Assembly (NCBI GenBank): GCA_963792415.1
Contig: CAWBVY010000001.1
Span: forward strand, 192,001 to 256,000
Origin: Candidatus Deferrimicrobiaceae bacterium
Lineage (GTDB): Bacteria; Desulfobacterota; Deferrimicrobia; Deferrimicrobiales; Deferrimicrobiaceae
Length of the DNA: 64,000 nucleotides
Direction of reading: 5' to 3'
In this document: positions 26,948-36,661 of the stretch, in pieces
Position numbering within the stretch: the first letter of the stretch is position 1
Layout: each line of letters starts with the position of its first letter
Notes under the pieces: model-generated
The model's input: the letters and a program-made list of their open reading frames with translations, nothing else
Database searches by the model: none
What the model was told of the DNA's origin: nothing
Made by a program: the position numbers and the translations under genes

Positions 26948-29521
26948 TCAGTGGATTTCCCCCCAGTTCTTCCCCCGGCTCACCGAGACGGTCAGCGGAA
27001 CCGACAGCTTCGCCGCACCCTCCATCGCCTGCTGCAGGATTCGCTCGGCCCCTGCGGCCTCCGGCGAAGGCGCCTCGACGATCAATTCGTCGTGAACCTG
27101 GAGGATCAGCCGCGCTTCCATCCCGGCCTCGCGGAACTCCCGGTCGACCCGGATCATCGCCATCTTGATCAGGTCGGCGGCGCTCCCCTGGATCGGCGTG
27201 TTGATCGCCATCCGTTCCGCGGCCTCCCGAAGCACCTTGTTCCGTGAATCGATGTCCTTGAGGATGCGGCGCCGCCCCATTATAGTAAAAACATGTCCAT
27301 CTTTTCGGGCAGTTGTCTTCAATCCCTCAATGTATTCCTTCACGCCAGGGTACCGGTCGAAATAGTGGTCGATGTACGTCTTCGCCTCCTTCCCGCCGAT
27401 CCCAAGCTCGCGCGACAGGCCGAAGGGACTCATGCCGTAGAGGATGCCGAAGTTGATCGCCTTCGCCCGGCGTCGCAATTCCGGGGTGACGCCGGACGGG
27501 TCGACGCCGAAGACGGCGGCCGCCGTCGCGGCATGGATGTCGTCCCCCTGCCGGAACCGGCGGATCAGCTCCGCGTCCCCGGACAGGTGCGCGAGCAGGC
27601 GCAGTTCCACCTGGGAGTAGTCCGCCCCGACGAAGAGGTTTCCCTCCTCCGCGACGAACCCGGCCCGGATCCGGCGGCCGAGTTCCGTGCGGATCGGGAT
27701 GTTCTGCAGGTTCGGGTCGGAGGAGGAGAGCCGCCCGGTGGCCGTCTGCGTCTGGTGGAGCGTCGTGTGGATCCGCCCGTCCCGCGGGTCGATCTTCCCC
27801 GGCAGGACATCGACGTAGGTGGAGCGGATCTTCGCGACGGTTCGATATTCGAGCACCAGGGACGGGATCTCGTGGAGGTCTTTCAGCCGCTCAAGGACTT
27901 CCACGTCCGTGGAGTAGCCCGTCTTCGTCTTCTTGACGGGGGGAAGCCCCAGCTTTTCGAAGAGGAGGAACGCCAGCTGCTTCGGGGAATTGATGTTGAA
28001 ATCGGTCCCCGCGACCGCCGCGACCTTCCGCTCGATGGCCGAGATGTCCCGGGCAAGTCCCTCGGAAAGTTCCGCGAAGATCCCGGGATCGATCCGGATC
28101 CCCTTCTCCTCGATCCGGTGGAGGACGGGAAGGAGCGGCATGTCGATCCTCCGGAACACGTCGAGCAGGGCCGCCTCCGCGAGCCGCTCCTCGAGCGCCT
28201 TCCCGAGGGCGAGCGTCGCGGCCGCCCGCTCGGCCGCCCGTGCCGAAGGGGACTCCCCTTCCGGGGCGGCGAGGGACCCCGGGAGGAACCGCGCCCGCAG
28301 CTTCCCGAAGGAGGGGGTCCCCTCCTCGGGCTCCAGCAGGTATCCCGCCACCTGCGTGTCGAAGAGCCGGGGGTCTTCCCCCGTCCCCGCCCCCGCGTCC
28401 CGGCGGTAGAGCGCTTTCCCGTCATGGAGGTAGATGGTGGCCCCGCGGGCGGAGAGGGCCCGGGCGGCGCGCGCCGAAGCGTCCGCCGGGAGAAGGTGGA
28501 CACCCTTCCCCTCGAAGGCGACCCCGACTACCGTCTCCCGGTCCCCGTCGTACGCCAGCCCCGCGGAGTCCAGCTTGCCGGGGCCCAGCGCGTGGAGGAG
28601 CCCCTCGACCGAATCCGCGCGTTTCCACGCCACGCCCTTCGGGGCATCCCCTTCTCTTTCCGGAGGCGTTTCCTTGCCGAGATCGAGCTCCTCGAGAAGT
28701 TTCCGGAAACCGAGCCGCCGGAAAAGAGGCGCGACCCGCGAGGCGTCGATCCCGCGGGGGGTGAACCCGGACCAATCCTCCCGGATCGGGAGGTCCCGGT
28801 CGATCGTGACCAGGCGCAACGCGAGACGCGCGGCGTCGGCGCCCTTCTCGATCTTCCCCCTCCGCGCCCCTTTCAACCGCTCGGGGTGGGCGAGCACCGC
28901 GTCGAGGGAACCGAACTCCCGGATCAGTTCGGATGCCGTCTTCTCCCCGATCCCGGGAACGCCGGGGACGTTGTCCGACGGGTCCCCCGCCAGCGCGAGG
29001 AGGTCGGCCACCTTCCCGGGCGGAACGCCGAAGACCTCCTCGACCTGCGCCTCCCCCACGGTGTGCTCCTTCAACCCGTCCCGAACCTTCACGCGCTTTG
29101 ATACGAGCTGGTACATGTCCTTGTCGGAGGAGACGATGACGACGTCCATCCCCCGCTCCTCCGCGAGGCGCGACAAGGTGCCGATGATGTCGTCCGCCTC
29201 GGCGCCGGCAACTTCGATGCGACGCACCCCGAGGGCGTCGATCATCTCGTCGACCACGGGGATCTGCGCGGCGAGGTCCTCGGGGGTCTTCAGGCGGTTC
29301 GCCTTGTATTCGGGGTAGATCGCGTGGCGAGGGGTCGGTTCGCGCGAGTCGAAGACGGCGACGACCGCGGCGGGGCGCTCCTCCCGCAGGATCTTCAGGA
29401 GAATGCGGGCCACCCCGAGGACGACGTTGGTCGGAGTGCCGTCCGGCGCGGTGAGGCGCGGGACGCCGAAGAAGGTCCGGTAGAGGACGTTATGCCCGTC
29501 GATCAGATAGAGGGACGCCAT
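26948..29521 (-). CDS. polA: DNA polymerase I
   Basis: 5'-3' exonuclease motifs (LIDG, EADD, GDPSDNVPGVPGIG) and polymerase motifs (DYSQVELR, KAINFGILYG, QVHDEL). Confidence 0.97.
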   Translation of the reverse strand: MASLYLIDGHNVLYRTFFGVPRLTAPDGTPTNVVLGVARILLKILREERPAAVVAVFDSREPTPRHAIYPEYKANRLKTPEDLAAQIPVVDEMIDALGVRRIEVAGAEADDIIGTLSRLAEERGMDVVIVSSDKDMYQLVSKRVKVRDGLKEHTVGEAQVEEVFGVPPGKVADLLALAGDPSDNVPGVPGIGEKTASELIREFGSLDAVLAHPERLKGARRGKIEKGADAARLALRLVTIDRDLPIREDWSGFTPRGIDASRVAPLFRRLGFRKLLEELDLGKETPPEREGDAPKGVAWKRADSVEGLLHALGPGKLDSAGLAYDGDRETVVGVAFEGKGVHLLPADASARAARALSARGATIYLHDGKALYRRDAGAGTGEDPRLFDTQVAGYLLEPEEGTPSFGKLRARFLPGSLAAPEGESPSARAAERAAATLALGKALEERLAEAALLDVFRRIDMPLLPVLHRIEEKGIRIDPGIFAELSEGLARDISAIERKVAAVAGTDFNINSPKQLAFLLFEKLGLPPVKKTKTGYSTDVEVLERLKDLHEIPSLVLEYRTVAKIRSTYVDVLPGKIDPRDGRIHTTLHQTQTATGRLSSSDPNLQNIPIRTELGRRIRAGFVAEEGNLFVGADYSQVELRLLAHLSGDAELIRRFRQGDDIHAATAAAVFGVDPSGVTPELRRRAKAINFGILYGMSPFGLSRELGIGGKEAKTYIDHYFDRYPGVKEYIEGLKTTARKDGHVFTIMGRRRILKDIDSRNKVLREAAERMAINTPIQGSAADLIKMAMIRVDREFREAGMEARLILQVHDELIVEAPSPEAAGAERILQQAMEGAAKLSVPLTVSVSRGKNWGEIH

Positions 29522-29975
29522 CGGACCCCTGCCGTTGCTCCACGACGAGCGTCTCGGCGAAGGTGTCGCCCGCCCGTTGCCCGTCGGGGTCGTAGAATCC
29601 GAGGTACGTCTCGATCAGCAGGATCGCGATCCCGACGGTGTAGGCGAGGAACGGGCCGATCACGGGGAAGAGGTAAAGGAGGAAGGGCGCGGCGACGGGG
29701 AGGTTGCGCATCATCGACGCCGTGAAATCCATCCCGTCCCGGTCGATCCGGACCACCTTGAGGTCGGTGAGCCCCTTCCCGAGGCTGCGCCCGCCGGGGA
29801 AGCCGTCGCACATCAGGATGTAGAAGAGGGCGGCGAACACCCCCGCGGCGCCGGGGATGTGCCAGAGGGACATCGCCACGATCAGGTCGGCCGCCTTCCC
29901 GACGAGCCGCGCCAGGTACCGCGCCCGCCGGGCATCCCGGAAGAACTCCCGCTGCTCTTCCCAGGGCAGCGACAC
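29490..29975 (-). CDS. RDD family membrane protein
   Basis: R..GKAAD, SLGK, RN and QRAGD.FAET.VV pattern. Confidence 0.8.
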   Translation of the reverse strand: MSLPWEEQREFFRDARRARYLARLVGKAADLIVAMSLWHIPGAAGVFAALFYILMCDGFPGGRSLGKGLTDLKVVRIDRDGMDFTASMMRNLPVAAPFLLYLFPVIGPFLAYTVGIAILLIETYLGFYDPDGQRAGDTFAETLVVEQRQGSDGVPLSDRRA

Positions 29976-29978
29976 CGG

Positions 29979-30185
29979 TCAGACCCCCTGCGGGAGCGCG
30001 TCCCGGGTGAAAAACAGGAACGCCATCGCGGGACGCCGGTTCCCGGGCTGCGTGACGAAGTGGACGGACTCGAACCGCAACCCGTCCCCCGTGGCCGCGT
30101 TCAACGCCTCCTCGATCGTCCGGTCGCAGACGTCCGTCAGTTCGACCACACGCCAGGGGGCCTTTCCGGTCGCCGGATCGGACAC
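29979..30185 (-). CDS. Small conserved hypothetical protein (DUF4177-like)
   Basis: 68-aa ORF tightly packed in the hem-polA operon; VVEL...IEEALN...G.RFESVHF pattern. Confidence 0.7.
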   Translation of the reverse strand: MSDPATGKAPWRVVELTDVCDRTIEEALNAATGDGLRFESVHFVTQPGNRRPAMAFLFFTRDALPQGV

Positions 30186-30189
30186 GGCG

Positions 30190-31164
30190 TCAGCCCGCGA
30201 GGGCGCGGGCCGCTTCCTTGGCGGCGTAGGTGATGATCAGGTCGGCGCCGGCCCGCTTGATCGAAACGAGAATCTCCATCGTGACGCGGTCCCCGTCGAT
30301 CCACCCGAGTTTCGCCGCCGCCTTCACCATCGCGTACTCCCCGCTGACGTTGTACGCCGCGACCGGCAGGTTGAAGGACTGACGGACGCGGTGGATGATG
30401 TCCAGGTACGCAAGGGCGGGCTTGACCATCACGATGTCGGCTCCCTCCGCCACGTCGAGGGCGACTTCCCGCAGCGCTTCCCGCGCGTTCGGCGGGTCCA
30501 TCTGGTAGGAGCGCCGGTCCCCGAAGCTGGGGGCGCTTTCCGCGGCGTCCCGGAACGGGCCGTAGAATCCCCCGGCGTACTTCGCCGCGTACGACATGAT
30601 GGGGATCTGCGAAAACCCGCCGCGATCCAGCGCCTTCCGGATCGCCCCGACGCGTCCGTCCATCATGTCCGAGGGGGCGACGATGTCCGCCCCCGCCTTC
30701 GCGTGGGAAACGGCGCTCTTCGCGAGGATCTCGAGCGTCGCGTCGTTGTCGACCTCGGTCCCCTTCAGGATCCCGCAGTGGCCGTGGTCGGTGTACTCGC
30801 AGAAGCAGACGTCGGTGACCACCATGAGGCCCGGGACCGCGTCCTTGATCGCCCGGACCGCGGTCTGGATGATCCCCCGGTCCGAATAGGCGTCCTTCCC
30901 GAGAGGGTCCTTCTTCGCCGGGAGGCCGAACAGCAGGACCGCGGGGATCCCGAGCGCGGCGACTTCCCGCGCCTCCTTCGCGAGGTTCTCGACGGAGAGC
31001 TGGAAGACCCCCGGCATCGAGGAGACTTCCTTGCGGATCCCCTTCCCGGCGGCGGCGAAGAGCGGGTAGATCAGGTCGTCCACGGAGAGCTTCGTCTCGC
31101 GGACCATCCGGCGCAGCGTCTCGTTCCGCCGCAGGCGGCGGGGCCGGTATTCGGGGAATTGCAT
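30190..31164 (-). CDS. hemB: Porphobilinogen synthase
   Basis: [22 protein letters not shown] and MVKPAL motifs. Confidence 0.97.
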   Translation of the reverse strand: MQFPEYRPRRLRRNETLRRMVRETKLSVDDLIYPLFAAAGKGIRKEVSSMPGVFQLSVENLAKEAREVAALGIPAVLLFGLPAKKDPLGKDAYSDRGIIQTAVRAIKDAVPGLMVVTDVCFCEYTDHGHCGILKGTEVDNDATLEILAKSAVSHAKAGADIVAPSDMMDGRVGAIRKALDRGGFSQIPIMSYAAKYAGGFYGPFRDAAESAPSFGDRRSYQMDPPNAREALREVALDVAEGADIVMVKPALAYLDIIHRVRQSFNLPVAAYNVSGEYAMVKAAAKLGWIDGDRVTMEILVSIKRAGADLIITYAAKEAARALAG

Positions 31165-31195
31165 CGGATCCCTCCCAGTGAGGCGCGGCCGCCGG

Positions 31196-31984
31196 TTACC
31201 CCGGCTCGGCCGATCGGTGGGCGGCGTAGAACGCCTTGATGGCGTCCACCATCCCTTTCAGCGTATACGTTTCGGGCACGATGTCCACCCGGAAATCCCT
31301 CCGTTCCACGGCCCGCGCGGTCGTTTCGCCGATCACCGCGATGCGCGTCCGGGAGAGCATGCTCCTCGCCGTCGCGGTCCCGAGGAGAAGGAAGAGGTTC
31401 CGGAACGCGGAGGGCGAGGCGAAGGTGCAGACGTCGGGCGGGCGGGACACGATCTCCCCGGCCACCGCCTCGTCCTTCTCCGCGAGGCCGTTCCGGTAGG
31501 CGACGACGCTCACCACCTCTCCGCCCTCCTGTGCGATCAAGGCGGAAAGGATCTCCCTGCCCTCCTCGGCGCGCGGGAGGAGGAACCGCTTCCCCCGGAT
31601 CCCCTCGGGAGGGAGCGCCTCGAAGAGTCCCTCGGCGATATGTTTTTCCGCCGTCCGGTCCACGATGACGGACCTCGCCGCGAGCTCCTTCGTCGTCCCC
31701 GGCCCCACGCTGGCCACGCGAAGGGTCCCCGGCCAGGAGCCGATCCCGAGACGGGACGCCCGCTCGCAGAAGAACCGGGCCGCGTTGGCGCTCGCGAAGA
31801 GGATCCAGTCGAAGGAGGAGAGGCGCCCGATCTCCCGGTCGAGGGGGCCGCAATCCTCGGGGAGCGTCAGCCGGATCGTGGGAAAGAGGATCGGTATGCC
31901 GCCCGCGCGACGGACCAGTGCGGCCAGTTCGCCGGCCTGCTCCGCGCTGCGTGTGACGAGGATCCGTTTTCCCAGGAGCGTCAT
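31196..31984 (-). CDS. hemD: Uroporphyrinogen-III synthase
   Basis: ILVTR, FASANA, SVGPGT and TFASPSA motifs; hem operon context. Confidence 0.9.
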   Translation of the reverse strand: MTLLGKRILVTRSAEQAGELAALVRRAGGIPILFPTIRLTLPEDCGPLDREIGRLSSFDWILFASANAARFFCERASRLGIGSWPGTLRVASVGPGTTKELAARSVIVDRTAEKHIAEGLFEALPPEGIRGKRFLLPRAEEGREILSALIAQEGGEVVSVVAYRNGLAEKDEAVAGEIVSRPPDVCTFASPSAFRNLFLLLGTATARSMLSRTRIAVIGETTARAVERRDFRVDIVPETYTLKGMVDAIKAFYAAHRSAEPG

Positions 31985-31988
31985 CGCT

Positions 31989-32927
31989 TCACGAACCGGA
32001 CTGCCGGTACACCTCGTCGAGGATCTCCCTGCCGCCTTGCGACAGGAGCTCCCCGGCCAGCGCGACCCCGACCGCCTCGGGATCGGAGATGGGGCCTTTC
32101 CGGCTTCCCCGCAGGATCCGCGACCCGTCGGGCTTCCCGATCAGCCCCGAGAGGGCGACCGTGTCCCCGACAACCGTTCCGTGCGCCGCGATGGGGACCT
32201 GGCAGCCGCCTTCCAGCCGCTTCAGGAAACCGCGCTCCGCCCGGACCGCCACGGACGTCTCCCGGTCGTCCAGGAACGCCACGGCCTCACGGGTTCTCGC
32301 GTCCTCGCTCCGGATCTCGATCCCGAGCGCCCCCTGCCCGATCGCCGGGATGGAAACGTCGACGGGGATATACTGGCGGATCTTGCCGTCCCACCCGAGC
32401 CGGCGAAGCCCCGCGGCGGCGAGGAGGATGGCGTCGTACTGCCCCTCCTCCATCTTCCGGATGCGCGAATCGAGGTTCCCCCGCAGCTGCCCGATCGAAA
32501 GGTCGGGGCGCAGGCTCAACAGCTGGGTCTGCCGGCGCAGGGAGCTCGTTCCCACCCTGGCGCCGACCGGAAGGTCCTCGAACCGCGCGTGCTTCACGGA
32601 AAGGAAGGCGTCGCGCGGGTCCTCCCTCCGCGTGATGCAGGAGATCTCGAGCCCGTCGGGAAGATCGGTGGGGACGTCCTTCATGGAGTGGACGGCGAGG
32701 TCGATCCGGTTCGACAGCAGCGCCTCCTCGATCTCCTTGACGAAGAGCCCCTTCCCGCCCACCTTCGAGAGCGGGACGTCGAGGATCACGTCGCCGGTCG
32801 TCTTGATCTTCGTGATCTCCACCGTTCGCCCGGTGCGCCGCTCGACTTCCGCCCGCACGTGTTCCGCCTGCCAGAGGGCGAGGGTGCTCCCCCGGCTCCC
32901 GAGCCGGATGACGTCACTGCCTGCCAA
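31989..32927 (-). CDS. hemC: Hydroxymethylbilane synthase
   Basis: GSRGSTLALWQ, GGKGLFVKE, VHSMKD and LEGGCQVP motifs; TTG start after the GGAGG RBS. Confidence 0.95.
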   Translation of the reverse strand: MAGSDVIRLGSRGSTLALWQAEHVRAEVERRTGRTVEITKIKTTGDVILDVPLSKVGGKGLFVKEIEEALLSNRIDLAVHSMKDVPTDLPDGLEISCITRREDPRDAFLSVKHARFEDLPVGARVGTSSLRRQTQLLSLRPDLSIGQLRGNLDSRIRKMEEGQYDAILLAAAGLRRLGWDGKIRQYIPVDVSIPAIGQGALGIEIRSEDARTREAVAFLDDRETSVAVRAERGFLKRLEGGCQVPIAAHGTVVGDTVALSGLIGKPDGSRILRGSRKGPISDPEAVGVALAGELLSQGGREILDEVYRQSGS

Positions 32928-34251
32928 CGTTTCCTCCTTGTTCGGGGGGTCGCTCCGCCGCATCCGGCGCCCCTTCCGCTTCCTCTTCCGGGAGGTTGAA
33001 GATCTCCCGCACCGCCGTCACCATCTCCATCGGGCTCCGGCCGTCGACATCGCGCTTCATCGAGGAGATCGGGGAGTGGAGCACCTTGTTGAGGATCGAG
33101 GCGGCGAGGGACTCCACCACCTTCCGCGTCTTCGGGTCGGCCGTCCCCAGCGCGGAGAGCGCCTTGGCCACCTCCGCCTGGCGCACCTCGTCGAACTTCC
33201 GCCGCAGGGAGACGATCGTCGGGGTCACCTGCTGCGCATCGAGCCAGCGGCGGAAGGCCGCCACCTCGGCGACGACGATCTCCTCGGCCAGCGAAGCCTC
33301 GCGCTGCCGCTCCTCGAGGTTCGTCTCGATCACGTTGTTCAGGTCGTCGATGTCGTAGACGTAGACGTTGTCGATCTGGTTGGCGTCCGGGTCGATGTCG
33401 CGCGGCACCGCCATGTCGATGAAGAACATCGGCCGGTTCCTGCGGATCCGGATGACCGCCTCCACGTCTTCCTTCTTCAGGACGAAGTGGGGGGCGCCGG
33501 TCGAGGAGAGGATGATGTCCGCGCGCTTCAGGTGGGTGGCCAGCTCCTCGAAGCGCACGGCCGTGCCGTCGAACTCCTCGGCGAGGTGAACGGCGCGCTC
33601 GAAGGTCCGGTTCGTCACGAGGATCCCCTTGGCGCCGGCGGAGAGCAGGTGCCGCGCCGCCAGCTCGCACATCTCCCCCGCCCCGATCAGCATCACCACC
33701 TTGTCCGGGAGGTCGCCCAGGATCTTCTTCGCGAGCTCCACGGCCGCGTACGAGACCGAGACGGCGCTGTTCGCGACCCGCGTTTCCGTGCGGACCCGCT
33801 TTGCAACCGAGAACGACTTCGTGAAGAACTTGTCGAGGACCGGCCCGATCGTCTTGAACTCGCAGGCGTACCCGTAGGCGTCCTTCACCTGTCCGAGGAT
33901 CTGCGGCTCCCCGAGCACCATCGAGTCGAGGCTGCTGGATACCCGGAACAGGTGCCGCACCGCGTCTTCCCCCAGGTAATGGTAGAGGTGGTCCGACAGC
34001 TCGCCGACCGGGATGCCGTGGAAGCCGGCGAGGAATTCCTTCACGAGCTCCACGCCCTTGTATCCGACATCCGAGAGAACGCAGGCCTCGACGCGGTTGC
34101 AGGTGGAGAGGATCACTCCTTCGGAGATCCCGTCCCGCTCCCGCAGTCCCCGGAGCGCGTGCCCCACCGTGTCCGCCGGGAACGCCAGGCGCTCCCGGAC
34201 CTCCACCGGCGCGGTCCGGTGGTTCAATCCGACGATGACGATCTCGCTCAT
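32914..34251 (-). CDS. hemA: Glutamyl-tRNA reductase
   Basis: GLNHRTAPVEVRE, STCNRVE, LDSMVLGEPQILGQ and GAGEM motifs. Confidence 0.97.
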   Translation of the reverse strand: MSEIVIVGLNHRTAPVEVRERLAFPADTVGHALRGLRERDGISEGVILSTCNRVEACVLSDVGYKGVELVKEFLAGFHGIPVGELSDHLYHYLGEDAVRHLFRVSSSLDSMVLGEPQILGQVKDAYGYACEFKTIGPVLDKFFTKSFSVAKRVRTETRVANSAVSVSYAAVELAKKILGDLPDKVVMLIGAGEMCELAARHLLSAGAKGILVTNRTFERAVHLAEEFDGTAVRFEELATHLKRADIILSSTGAPHFVLKKEDVEAVIRIRRNRPMFFIDMAVPRDIDPDANQIDNVYVYDIDDLNNVIETNLEERQREASLAEEIVVAEVAAFRRWLDAQQVTPTIVSLRRKFDEVRQAEVAKALSALGTADPKTRKVVESLAASILNKVLHSPISSMKRDVDGRSPMEMVTAVREIFNLPEEEAEGAPDAAERPPEQGGNVGRQ

Positions 34252-34270
34252 GCGGTGTTTCGCCGTTCCA

Positions 34271-35098
34271 TCAGCCGGAAAGGTTCGTGTAGGTGTGCAG
34301 GCCCGGCAGGAGAAGGTTCACGCCGAGGAAGGTGAACAGGATCGCGCAGAACCCGACGATGGCGAGGATCGCCGCCTTGCGGCCGCGCCAGCCGACGGTC
34401 ATCCGTCCGTGGAGCAGCGCGGCGTAGAGCAGCCACGTGATGAGGGACCAGACCTCTTTCGGGTCCCAGCTCCAGTAGGAGCCCCAGGCGAACGAAGCCC
34501 AGATCGACCCCGTGATGATCCCCAGGGTGAGCAGCGGGAAACCGATCGTCAGGCAGCGGTAGTTGATGTCGTCGAGGACGTTGAGGGACGGGAGGCGCTT
34601 GAAGATCGCCCCCATTTTCTTGGTCTTCAGCTCCCTCTCCATCAGCAGGTACATGATCCCCGCGCCGAACGCCACGGCGAAGACGGCGTTGCCGAAGAAA
34701 AGGAGCATTACGTGGACGGGGAGCCAGTACGAGTTGAGCGCGGGGGCCAGCGCCCGGACCTCGCCGGGCAGGAAGGCCGCGGAGACGCTGAACGCGAAGG
34801 CCAGCGGCGCCACAAAGGCGCCGAGCACCCTGAGGTGGTACCTGAGCTCGAAGGCGAGAAAGACGCACACGATCGCGAAGGCGGAGAAGGAGAGCGACTC
34901 GAAGAGGCTCGTGATCGGGGTGTACCCGGCGACGAAGTAGCGCGCGACGAACCCCACCCCGTGGAGGAGCACGCCGATCAGCAGGAGCATCCGCCCGAGC
35001 TTCGCGCTTCGTTCGTTCAGCGTGAAGACGAAGTGGAGGTACGCAAGCGCCCCGACGAGGTAGAAGAGGGCCGTGCCCTTGAGCAGGACGGTGTGCAT
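34271..35098 (-). CDS. ccsA: Cytochrome c biogenesis protein CcsA/CcsB (HemX-like)
   Basis: WGSYWSWDPKE (WWD) motif, WLPVH and terminal GLHTY; start at ATG 35098. Confidence 0.9.
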   Translation of the reverse strand: MHTVLLKGTALFYLVGALAYLHFVFTLNERSAKLGRMLLLIGVLLHGVGFVARYFVAGYTPITSLFESLSFSAFAIVCVFLAFELRYHLRVLGAFVAPLAFAFSVSAAFLPGEVRALAPALNSYWLPVHVMLLFFGNAVFAVAFGAGIMYLLMERELKTKKMGAIFKRLPSLNVLDDINYRCLTIGFPLLTLGIITGSIWASFAWGSYWSWDPKEVWSLITWLLYAALLHGRMTVGWRGRKAAILAIVGFCAILFTFLGVNLLLPGLHTYTNLSG

Positions 35099-35202
35099 CC
35101 GGATATAGTAGACCACCCGCGTCGCCCGGAACAAGCGTGGATTCCCGAGGTGCCCGGGTTCGGGGAGGATTCCACACCCCCGCCATGAGATAATCCATCG
35201 GC

Positions 35203-36099
35203 ATGGACCTCTCAACCGGTCTCCACCCTTTCCGTGCCTCTGCTCCCGCCCTCGCCGCCGCGCTGCTGCTCTCCCTTGCCTTGGGAGGGTGCGCCTCCAT
35301 GTTCTTCCATCCCACCCGGGAGCTCGCCGGTCCGCCGGAGCCCGCGGGGGGATCGCTGGAAGAGGTCTTCTTCCCCTCGACGGACGGCGTCCGGCTCCAC
35401 GGTTGGATCCTTCGCCCCTCCGCCCCTCCAAAGGGGACCGTCCTCTTCCTCCACGGGAACGCGGAAAACATGAGCACCCACGTGAACGCGGTCCTGTGGC
35501 TCGTCGAGGCGGGGTACCTGGTGTTCGCCTTCGACTACCGCGGGTACGGAACGTCCGACGGGACACCGGATATCCCCGGGGTGAACCGGGACGGCGTCGC
35601 CGCCCTGGATCTGGCGTTTCGCATCCGGAGCGGGGAAGGAGGCGGGGTCGTCGTGTTCGGGCAGTCCCTCGGGGGCGCGATTGCCGCATACGCCGTCGCC
35701 AACTCGCCGCGCAGGGGGGAGATCAAGGCGCTTATTCTCGACAGCGTCTTCGCCGGATACAGGCGGATCGTCCGGGACAAGCTCATCGCGGGGATCGTCA
35801 CCCTGCCGCTGGCGTGGCCCGCGAGCTGGACGGTCGAGGACGGGTACAGCCCGGAGCGATGGATCGGATCCGTCGCCCCCGTCCCCGTCGTGGTGATCCA
35901 CGGGACGGAGGACCAGGTCGTCCCCTTCTCCCACGGCGAACGGCTGTACCGGCTCGCCGGGCAGCCGAAGGGGTTCTGGAAGGTCGATGGAGGCGGGCAC
36001 GCGACCGCCCTGCGCCTGCCGGACGTTCGGGCCCGATTGCTCGGGGTCCTCGATTCCGTCCTTGCGCCCCCCGTCAGGAATCCGCCGTCTCCCGATTGA
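35203..36099 (+). CDS. Alpha/beta hydrolase lipoprotein (YfhR-like)
   Basis: LGGC lipobox; HGNAEN, DYRGYG, GQSLG, HGTED and GH motifs. Confidence 0.88.
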   Translation: MDLSTGLHPFRASAPALAAALLLSLALGGCASMFFHPTRELAGPPEPAGGSLEEVFFPSTDGVRLHGWILRPSAPPKGTVLFLHGNAENMSTHVNAVLWLVEAGYLVFAFDYRGYGTSDGTPDIPGVNRDGVAALDLAFRIRSGEGGGVVVFGQSLGGAIAAYAVANSPRRGEIKALILDSVFAGYRRIVRDKLIAGIVTLPLAWPASWTVEDGYSPERWIGSVAPVPVVVIHGTEDQVVPFSHGERLYRLAGQPKGFWKVDGGGHATALRLPDVRARLLGVLDSVLAPPVRNPPSPD

Positions 36100-36163
36100 C
36101 CGGGTACCCGGGTGCGGGTAATATCAAATTATGTTTCAATTCCAATTCGCGAAGGAGACCGGG

Positions 36164-36628
36164 ATGAAAAAACTGTTGGTATTTGTTGCGGCCCTATCCC
36201 TGATCGCGGCGGGTACCGCGTTTGCCGCGGGGAATACGGGCTGCGGGCTGGGCACGACGATCTTCAAGGACACCCAGAACCAGTCGACACTCGTCCAGGT
36301 TGTCGCTGTAACCACGAACGGCACCCTCGGAAACCAGACCTTCGGCATCTCCTCGGGCACATCCGAATGCACCCAGCCGGCGAAGGTTGTGCGGAACGAG
36401 CGGCTGAACGAGTTCGTCCAGGCCAACCTGGATGAACTGGCCCGCGACATCTCGGCGGGGAAGGGCGAGACCCTCTCCACCGTCGCCGAGCTGATGGGCG
36501 TTCCGGCCGGGGATCGCGACGCGTTCAACGGCAAGTTGCAGGCGAACTTTCACCAGATCTTCCCGGCCCCCGGGGTCGAGTACGCGCACGTGGTGGACAC
36601 GATCGTCAGCGTGTCGAACCAGGGGTAA
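36164..36628 (+). CDS. DUF3015 family exported protein
   Basis: Signal peptide; GCGLG, TTNGT, NQTFGISSGTSEC and G.GETL motifs; AAGGAG RBS. Confidence 0.85.
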   Translation: MKKLLVFVAALSLIAAGTAFAAGNTGCGLGTTIFKDTQNQSTLVQVVAVTTNGTLGNQTFGISSGTSECTQPAKVVRNERLNEFVQANLDELARDISAGKGETLSTVAELMGVPAGDRDAFNGKLQANFHQIFPAPGVEYAHVVDTIVSVSNQG

Positions 36629-36661
36629 GAGACGCCCGGGCGTCCGGCAAACGGAAGGGGC